Part shown: one piece after another, positions 54,567 to 64,000 of the stretch
How positions within the stretch are numbered: the stretch's first letter is position 1
How the letters are laid out: every line of letters starts with the position of its first letter
Assembly: GCA_964016885.1 (NCBI GenBank)
Contig: OZ024743.1
Location: 91,264,001-91,328,000 of the forward strand
Reading direction: 5' to 3'
Origin: Eledone cirrhosa
Lineage: Eukaryota
Length of the DNA stretch: 64,000 nucleotides
Translations under genes and position numbers: made by a program
The notes under the pieces: model-generated
The model's input: only the letters and a program-made list of their open reading frames with translations
Told to the model about the DNA's origin: nothing
Databases searched by the model: none

Positions 54567-57500
54567 TTATCTCTTTCTCTTAATTTCGAGTATATTTTAT
54601 TGACCGGCCACCGTCCTGGTGGCAAGGTTGTAAATGAAAAATTGTCATCCCTTGAATCGCAAGAATGTTTTGCAAATTTTGAAGGTGCCAGCTATCGCAG
54701 CCATTTGCAGACTATGAATTAGGGAGCTGCGCTTTTTGTCCGCAAATCCAAGTTCAGTCATACTTTGGCCCAAGCGGGTTGGTATATAACCCGTAGCTCC
54801 AATAATGATGGGTATGAAGCTAAAGGTGTATCTTGGATACTGGATTTGTAAACTCCTCATCAATGGTCCGTAGATGTCCTCCTTCTCCTGTATTTTTCTG
54901 ACAAGGTTTACATCAAGTGTGCAGCTGATCTCCACAACAGAACACGTTTTCAATGTGTGGTCCCAAACAACAATATCAGGCCGGTTGTGCTTTAATTTGG
55001 TGGCAGTTTTTATTTTCAGGTTCCACCAGTATTCCTTAGTGCCATCTGTCTCAATATATTCTTCCTCGTTTGTTGTTAATTTTGTTTTCCGAAGTGCGTT
55101 CCAGATGGTTCTAGCTATCCCATCGTGTCTCATGGGGAGGTAGTAGCGAGATGACATTCTTTCGCAGCTGGCAACAATGTGGCTTACATCCTCGATCTTT
55201 GTTTTACATAGCCTACATTTATTGTCAGCTGCTGGCCCTCCTCTTATGTGCAGCAGATATTTGGTAGGGAGTTCTTGTTCCTGTATTGCATAGAGATATC
55301 CCTCAAGGTGTGATGTCATAAACTTGTCGGAACTCCATGCCAGGCTTTTTGAGTGGTTTATCCCCTCTATGGTCTGTATTTTACGCCTCAAGTATCCATG
55401 CACAACTTTTTCTGTAAATTGGTCAATTTTTTTATCTTGTTTGAACATTGAATAGGATCTTCCGATTTCTCTGGGTGAGAGATTTATATCAGGCTTTATT
55501 CCATATCTCTCCTCCAGATCAGTCGCTATTCTAATGATATTTTTTTTTTCATGCTCATAAACCTGGGCAAGATGGTTGCCAACCTTTTTCCTCTGTTGAA
55601 GGTGTTGCTTCAGTGTTACTATCCGGGTCTCATATGTTGTTAATATGGATTTTAGACCCCGGCCACCTTCCTTGCGTGAGAAGTATAGCCTATCCACATC
55701 ACCATTGATGTTAAAGTTGCCAGTAACACTGAGAAGTTTTCGAGTTCTAACATCCATCTCACTTAGTTCTTGCAATGACCAGTTCAGCAAGCCAGATGTT
55801 GGCGTTAGAATTGGCACAGCATAAGTATTGTGGGCAATGTATTTGTTGTACGCTGACAATTCTGATGACCATATTTTCTTTACTCTTCTGAGGTATTCAG
55901 TTCTAGTTCTCTCCTTATTTATGGGTCCATCATATCTGACATTCTCATCCTGTCCAAGATATCTGTAGTTGTCACCTGACTGTAGAGGTTGTATTGTCAG
56001 GCCGTTCATCTCTAGATTTCTAGAGGAGGGCACAGCTCTTCCACGTTTTACTACCAAATATGCACACTTGGACTCACCAAATTTCATTTTGATGTCGGTT
56101 GAAAATTGTGTAATGAGGTCCAATTGTTTCTTAATGTCATTGATATTTGGCCCATACAACTTCAGGTCGTCAACAAAGAAAAGATGGGAGATACTTCTGG
56201 ACCCACTTCTTTGTCCACCTTGTTTCCTGAGTAGGTAAGATAGTGGATTCAGTGAGAGAACGAAGAGTAGCACTGACAAGCTATCACCCTGAAAGATGCC
56301 CTTCTGGTAATGTATCTTATCAGTCTTAACTTGCTCCTTCTCACCTCTAAGGATCAAATTGGTGTACCAGTTCTTGGTCAGGTGTTCAACAGCAGCTACC
56401 AATGGTTGTGGGACTTTAGCTAACTGTAAAGCTTTAATAATCCACCCATGAGGTACACTATCAAATGCTTTTTGATAGTCCAGCCACACCACAGTCATAT
56501 TTCGGCGATTCTTTGTTGTTTTTTCTTGAATCATTTTGTTAGTTAGTAGGTGATCTATGCAACCCCACACCTCCCTCTTTCCACCAGCTTGCTCAGGTGT
56601 TATGATGTTGTTGGTAGCACAGTGATCCTGTAAGAACAGGTTAAGGCACCCAGTATATAATTTATACATGATGTTTTGGCAGGCTATTGGGCGGTAATTT
56701 TTAGCAAGGGTGGTTTGGCTATTTTTGGGAATGAGGAGAGTAGTGGCAGTTGATAACCATCTGGGCAGTTCTTATGTGCCTTTAATGGTTTCTGTAAACA
56801 GCCGTATGAGATCTTGCTGATAGAAAGTGAAATTCTTCAACCAGTATCCTGTAATGAGGTCTGGGCCTGGCGATTTCCTATTCGACATTTTCTGTAGAGC
56901 TGTTTCCAGTATTGACCCATCTATGTCATATTGTTTTGTCTGGACATGTTGGCAGTAGTCCTGTTCCAGTTCTTTTAGCCAATTAGTTTGTCTGTTGAAT
57001 CCGTCATCCGTTTCCCATACAGATCTCCAGTAGCTCTCAACCTGTTCTTTTGAAGGGGTGTCATTTACAGGGATTGAGCTTTTGCCACCGAAGCTGCGAT
57101 AAACTGATTTAGGATCTCTGGCAAACAATCTATTTAGCACTTGTCGTTTATGTGCTGTTGACTTATATTTTAATCTTTCTGTTGTAGCTGTGAGTTGTTT
57201 CAACTGGTGTAATTTGGAGTTCAAAGTTTTAAATTTTGTATCTCCAAATCGTCTCTCTAACTTTTTTTTAGGTCTTCCTGGTGTCGTGTGAAGTTGCTCT
57301 CTATGTTGCATTTCATAACGATTGCGATGTGTGAGATACTTCGTCTCAAGGACAAAATTTTGCTTTTTAAATTTCGCATCCACGCTGGTTCAGGCTTTCT
57401 GTTTGTATCTTGATTGCGTGGTTTTAGATGCGTGTTATATGATAGTAATATGACAGCTGAAACATATAACAACATATTAAGCGTTTCAAATGTCGTTTCT

Positions 57501-58767
57501 ACACCTTTAGATCGTATAGCCTTCAGATAATTGCCAGCTATTTCGTTCACCGCTTCCAATTCCAATTTAGTGGGTTCTTTACTGATTCTGGTGTTGTATG
57601 GTCTGTCACTCACATTAAGGCTGTGTATCTCTTGAAACATATCGTTCCATATCACTTGTAGGGTGTCCACAAGTTTTTGGTGTTCTGTTTGTTCAGTAGA
57701 GTCATGAATTTCAGCCTCGTTGTTGATGTGGTGACAATTACTACTAGAGTTAGCTGACCTTTCTCGTTGTTCTTCAGTGGAAGTGGGATGGATTTCAGCA
57801 AAATTGTTGGTGAGCTGTTCACTGTTAGATTTAGCTGGCCATTCTCTTTGTCTGTCAGTGGAGGGGGAGGGCTGCATTTGTAGTATCACTCAATTCCGTT
57901 AGATGTATCAATTTACATCTAATGATACGTTTTGCCTGTTCATTTAAATGCTTTGGAGAAAAGTCTAATTCTGGGTGTTTGGAGTTCCATAAAGTTTTTA
58001 GCCTTTGCATAAAACCGAACTTTTGGGGTTCAGATTGTTTGTATGCTTCATATAATACTTTGTTAAGCTCGTAGCTCCACTGTATACAACGGTTGTAGTT
58101 GCGATTTGGTCGAAGGAGACTTGTACTTTTTGCCATGATGAGTTCGTCTATTCACTAATATTTCGTATTTATTTTTCAAAATAGTCGATGATCTTCTTTA
58201 AAAGTTTCGACAAAGTTCTGTCAGAATCAAATTTAAAGTTATTCACAGCTTGGGTAATATTTCTTTTCAGTTAGTTTTTAATTCTACAACTGTGTTTTAA
58301 ACGTTGTTCTTGAATCGTTTGAATCGAGAACAAAAAGAACCGTTACTTAGTATATTTCTTTATGAATGTAATATAATATAACAACGCTGTATTTATATGT
58401 TAAAGTTTATGTATAATTCATATAAATAAGTGTTCTACAACTTATTCACAACATATTCACAGTTCAAACACTTATGTTTTTGTTTCTGAATCGAAAACGT
58501 TACTTGTATATTTCTTTATAAATGTAATATAACAACGTTGCATTTATATGTTAAAGTGTATGTATCGTTCATATATCATAAGTGTATGTATCGTTCATAT
58601 AAATAGGTGTTTTACAACACACAGTTCAAACACTTATGTAGAATTATTGTATGTAATCTTACCGCGTAATGTAGCTCAACTTTTTCCAAAATATGGTATG
58701 TTGCCTTCACGTAAGCCGTGATTACACACGTCCGATTATCGGACACTGACCACAACGGTCGCCATTA
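54567..58767 (-). mobile_element. Near-full-length R4/Dong-clade non-LTR retrotransposon (RT, CCHC finger, restriction-like endonuclease)
   Basis: Four ORF pieces (57855-58136, 57257-57889, 56772-57383, 54645-56669) form one frameshifted ORF with KSPGPD, WLDYQKAFDSVPH, GIFQGDSLS, HLFFVDDLKLY, YRYLG, CRLC...HIVASC, RHD and RPDIVV...VEISC. 3' hairpin plus AATAAA. Confidence 0.9.
54645..56669 (-). pseudogene. Largest uninterrupted RT-RLE segment (674 aa) of the R4-like element
   Basis: RT motifs and a PD-(D/E)xK-type RLE; the upstream continuation is frameshifted. Confidence 0.85.
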
Positions 58768-60499
58768 TGCATGCATGCATGTATGTATGTATGTATGTAC
58801 GTACGTATGTGAGTGAATGTGTATATGTGTGTATGTATGTGTGCGTGTGCATGTATGTGTGTGTGTGTATGTATGTACTCTAATATGCCCTTCACCTGTC
58901 AACTTTAAAACGTTCTAATATTCCTGCCACCGTCACTCCCTCCCTGTTAACACAATCTCATCGAGTGTGCGTGAGGATCCTCTCGCACACGCCCTCTGCA
59001 ACAGGTTATATGAAGGTGCTCGTTCATTCATTTTCTTTATACTTAACGTTGTTTGTCTACTGGATTGAAGGAGCCTCTATGCAGTTGCGCGGCCAGCTAG
59101 AAATAGCAGCTAAATTCATCGCAAATCACACGCTATCGCAAGCGCAGGTATTGTTGTGTAGTTAAGGAGTCCATTCGCTCCACAACCTCATGGTTTTGGG
59201 TTCACTCCCACCGAGTGGCACTTTGGGCAAGTGTCTTCTGATCGACCAATACTTCACTGTATCAGGTTATGACCCATGCGGAAAAGCAAATAAGATTTAC
59301 CACCATCATCGTCTACGTTGAATACAGCAGAGATGTAACCCCATAGCTGCAAGTTGATATAATAAGAGTTATAGTAATATCACTTAACTTTCGACTCTAC
59401 AAAATACTTCAGCACTGCCTCCATCTCTCACTCTCACCATCTCCCACCATCTCTCACTCTCACCATCTCCCACTATTATAAATGGGGGCCCACACGCTGG
59501 CCGCCGTGCGGTTCCGGCGGAGAGAATAGAGAAAGTGTTTCTCCGGAGGATGGTCAGGAATTTGGTCAGCAGAACCTTCAGAAGTGTGTGTGTCCGTATC
59601 GGGGACACCCACATAGCGGGGTTCAATAATTCTTATTGACCGCAATAAAATAAGTACCAAACTAAGTACTGAGTTGGATACGATCGACTAAATTTGTTTA
59701 AGGTGGTGCCCCAGCATGGCCGCATTATAGTAACTGAAGCCAGTAAAAGAATAAAAGAATATTGTCATAAAAAGATAGGAATACAGTGGATAATGTAATC
59801 CTATATATTATTATTGAACCTCCGTTGTTCGAACAACTGAACTCATGAAATTAACGTGCAAGTGGTTGAGTGTTCCACAGACATGGGCACCCATAACATA
59901 GTTCTCAGGGAGATTAAACGTGATACAGTGTATAACAAGTATGCTCCTTTGAGTTACAGACCATCAGACGGACATCCAAGCAGTTTCCGTCTGCCAGTTT
60001 CACTTACATGGCTTGAGTCAACCTGAGGCTATGGCAAATGACACTTGCTCAATATGTCATACAGTGGAACCTGGGACGTAATGATTGTGAAGTGAGCTTC
60101 TTAACCATTCGGCCATATTACGTCCAGTATAATGTTTTATGCGTAAATAGTGTATAAGCTATTTTTGAGCAAACGTCATGGATGGTGAATAAAAGTGCTG
60201 AAACACGCGTCTGGCCTTCTCACACGGCTACTGGGAAAAACAAAACAAAGAATTAAAAAAATTATATTGTATATTTAACAATATATGGGATGTTTATGAA
60301 AAACATTTTGAAGGCCTTTCGCTATACATTTTAAGGTTGTGACGAACGTCACATACATAGCTCCAGCAAAAGCAGGGGGAGGTAATCGACGATTCCACCG
60401 TTTCTCACTCACAAGGGTTATCAAGACGACATATCTTTCCGCTTTTGCTGAAGCTATCTAAGCTGGATTCTTATAGAATTCTGTTTATGTTTATGAGCT

Positions 60500-62600
60500 G
60501 ATGAATCTCATTTTGGTTCGTGGAATGTTAGAACACTGAGACAGCATTTCAAGTCTGGAGCGAAGATCAGCCCTTATCTGCAATGTACTCAACAGATATA
60601 ACATCGATATATGTGCGATAAGTGAAACCAGGCTCCATGTCCTAAATGGAAGAAGTAGAAGGATACACAGTTTTCTGGTTCAGAAGATGTGAAGAGGATC
60701 ACCGTTAATCTAGTGTTGGTTTTATCATTAGATCTAACATTGCTAGATCCCTAGCATCATTCCCCAAAGGTGTCAGTGATTGTATCATTACACTTTCTCG
60801 GGATCTTGCAAACAATAGTTCTGTTACACCCCAACTCTTTATTCAGAGCAGACTATCGTAACATTTTATGATCAGCTTCACACAGTGGTTTCCACTGTTT
60901 CATACAAGAACAAGCTCATCATAATGGGAGATTTCAATGCTAGAGATGGAAATGACTATCACAAATGGCATGCTTTCCTTTGGTTTAATGGAGTCGGGCT
61001 ATGAACCCAAATAGGCTTAGGCTGCTTTCATTCTGCAAAGAATTTGATCTTAGCATCGCTAATAGCTTTTTTCAGCAACTTGCAAACCACAAGACAACAT
61101 GGATGCCTCCTAGATATATGAATTGGCATATGATTGAATATATAATCACTCACTGGCGTGGCTTAAGAGATTTCAAAATCACTCGTTCTTTTCACTCTTC
61201 TTTCTATCTCTCGGATCATGCACTGCTGTGCAGTAAAGTTTCATTCAATCTTCCCCAACAAATGGTGTCTTCAAAAGACACCTATTTCACCCAAGGTTGA
61301 TGTGGATGCTTTGAGATCTACAGATAGGAGATTGGAACTTTCTGCAAAACTTGACTTATTACTCGGCTCTGTCTAGATTTCTGATGACTCTGAGGCTTGG
61401 AAAGCGCTCAAAGATGCCACATATGCAGCCTCTGTAGAAGTCTTAGGATTTCTTATTAGTAAACACCAGGACTGGTTTAAAGAATGCAACTCAGATGTCC
61501 AGAATCTTATCAGCAAGATGTATAACCTACACAGACTTTGGATTAGAGATAAATATCCTCTAAAAGCCTGGCATACCTGACAATATGCTGTCTTTTCACG
61601 AGGTCACGAAAGCATTAATTATGTCAAAAGACGAATGCTCTAAACCCTTTGGTATAACAAACGGTAGGCAGCAGGGATCCTGTTCTCTTCGCTTTGTTCT
61701 TCTCTGTAATATTCCAGTATGTATTTGGTGACTTAGACGCTGGTGTCATTTGAGTTCCATACATCAGGTGGGTTATTCAACAATCAACGCTTTAGGGTTA
61801 AAACATTTACACGAACAGGTGTTATTCGTGATTTACTGATGATGTTGCACTTGTAACATTCTTTGAAGAGGCACAATAATTGATGAACCGCTTCATGCTC
61901 GCCTGTAAAGCGTTTGGTATAACAATCAGCAGTAAAAAGACTGAGGTGGTGCATCAACCAAAGCTAACCACCCCCAGACAAATAGAAGATGGTGGACAAG
62001 GACAGCCAAAGCATGGGCTTCTCCACGTTCCCATCACTGTTGATGGCAAGGATCTGAAGCAGCAACGTGAACCGCTCTGCATCCCTGGATGATGAGATCG
62101 TCAATCGTGTCTCTAGAGCAACTGACACCTTTGGCAAACTACATCATCATCTATGGGGTATTAGAAAACGAAAGTTGCAGTTTATCGTGCTGTGGTACAG
62201 GCAACGGTGTTATACGTTTCGGAGTCATGAACACTTTATCGCACCCACATAAGCTTGATGTTTTCCAAAAACATTGTCTTCGCTCTATTTGTGGTTATGC
62301 ACTCTCTGACAGAATCTCCAATGTCGATCTCTTCACAAGATGCAACATCAGTGGGATTTAGTCCTTTCTGATACAATCCCAACTCAGATGGACTGGTCAC
62401 GTCCTACTGAGGACCACACACCTAATGTGTTGTTATACGGTGAACTTCATAATGGTGCTCGTTATGTAGGCAGGCCAATATTCAGATATAAAGACAAACT
62501 GAAGTACAATCTTAAATCTGTGAACATACCTCTTTCTTTTGAAGCCCTAGCTGCTGACTGTGGAAAATGGAGAACTGTCTGACATGAAGGTGTAAAGAAA
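60500..62600 (+). mobile_element. Heavily decayed, internally deleted RTE LINE
   Basis: WNVRTL, YNIDICAISETRL, IMGDFNA, SDHALL, FGITISSKKTEV and LLYGEL...GRPIFRYKDKLK, with many stops. Confidence 0.88.
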
Positions 62601-63709
62601 AACGTTTTTCTGTTCCGAAAATAGTCTAATAAGGATATTCACTCTATTTAATAATGTAAAACACTATACACTTTATCCTCTCAGCGCTTCGTATGTTCGA
62701 AAGTTCGAGCTCAGCATACGATGTTTGTTGATATATATATATATTTTTTTCGTTGATAGCTTTTTCTAGCAAACACGACGGCTGGCAAACCCTTCAAGGA
62801 ACCCATATGTCTGCTGGGCACACAAGCAATAGGACGTGTGTTTTTTCCTTGCAGCGACATATCAAACATATCGGATATCACCTGAGGATACCGTTCTCAT
62901 AACAACAGCAAATACATCTAGATTGCATGGAAAACGATATAAGTAACCTCAGCATCTTATTTTGTCATTTTTATAAAATTCTCCACCGTAACTAAAAACT
63001 ACGTTTGTTGAGAGCGTTCTGCTGCTTTTACCAAAACAATCTCTTCTGAACATATATATTGATACGCATACATTTATATATACGAACAATCAGACTTGTA
63101 TTACAAGTATGTAACCCCCCCCCCCCCCCTCCCACACACACTTTCTCATATATTGATGTCGAGCAGACGTATTCATTTATTGAAAGAAAAATAAACGACC
63201 CCAAGAATATATTTCAATACAATCTTTGTTGTCTCATATATACACATAATGAGAATGCTCATATGTGTATATATTAAATGTACATGTACACTCACATATG
63301 TCTTTATTCTGATGCCTGAAGGTTAGTGGTCCATTGACTGCATTTTAGGGTGTTTGCGCTTGTTTAGGGTGTTTGCGCTTGTTTAGGGTATTTGCGCTTG
63401 TTCATTGGTCTTATTCTAGTTTGAACGGATGAACTTGTCTGTATGTCGGCACTTAGAAATCAATTCTGTTCTTGTGTTTATAGTGTCTGTTGGTTCAGTT
63501 CTCATTACAGAGACCACAGATATTCAAGCAGTGGGTTTGTGTATTGGGGGGGGGGGCTAGATCAACTAGTCAAGGGCTGAGGTCACCTGACAACATTACA
63601 GATGCTAATAACTTAGTCTTGGTCTTCACCGGGATTGTAATACCGATAAAGAAACGAGATATGGGAAAACGTGGCTCACAAAGGGCAACCATCTATGAGT
63701 TTCTAGATA

Positions 63710-63790
63710 CAGCAGCAACAACAATAACAACAATAACAACAATAACAACAATAACAACAATAACAATAATAACATCAATAACAATAATAA
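63710..63790. repeat. (ACAATAACA)n trinucleotide-derived repeat. A similar (CAC/CAA)n tract lies at 8875-9050
   Basis: Directly visible. Confidence 0.9.
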
Positions 63791-64000
63791 TTGTTTCTAC
63801 TATAGGAACAAGGCCAGCAATTTGGGAGGAGGGGGGAAAGTCGATTAAATCGACTCCAGTTCGTGACTGGTACTTTATTCTATCGACGCCGTAAGGATGA
63901 AAGGCCAAGCTAACCTCGGCAGGATTTGAAGTCAGATAGTAAAGGGCCGTAACTTTATGCTGCAAAGCATAGTGTCCAACGCTCTATCGATACTGCCAAT

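Noticed and set aside
62878-62945. CTGAGGA...GGAAAAC hammerhead candidate
   Set aside because: No convincing stem II or stem III pairing.

Overview
AT-rich, microsatellite- and transposon-dense animal genomic DNA. The SINE, LINE and (TA)n landscape suggests an octopus or other coleoid cephalopod, but this is an inference. One host gene is clearly readable on the + strand: a complete 7-coding-exon TMEM185 (FAM11) orthologue at 9333-37778, with a 1032-nt CDS (343 aa) and GT-AG introns in consistent phase. The rest is mobile or repetitive DNA: RTE, CR1 and Tx1 LINE fragments, a near-full-length R4/Dong-type RLE retrotransposon (54.6-58.8 kb, minus strand) in a GT/GTAT microsatellite, a solo LTR splitting a LINE, a Helitron-like element, mariner/hAT/piggyBac MITEs, two abundant tRNA-derived SINE families and several minisatellites. 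The most intriguing signal is a recurring set of short, mutually unrelated, ORF-less inserts inside (TA)n tracts. They combine long inverted repeats with minimal type-I hammerhead ribozyme cores, resembling Penelope-like or retrozyme-like elements. In the best copy (44.0 kb) the inverted duplicate begins exactly at the predicted self-cleavage site. No prokaryotic features or CRISPR arrays were found. All calls were made by eye without database searches.
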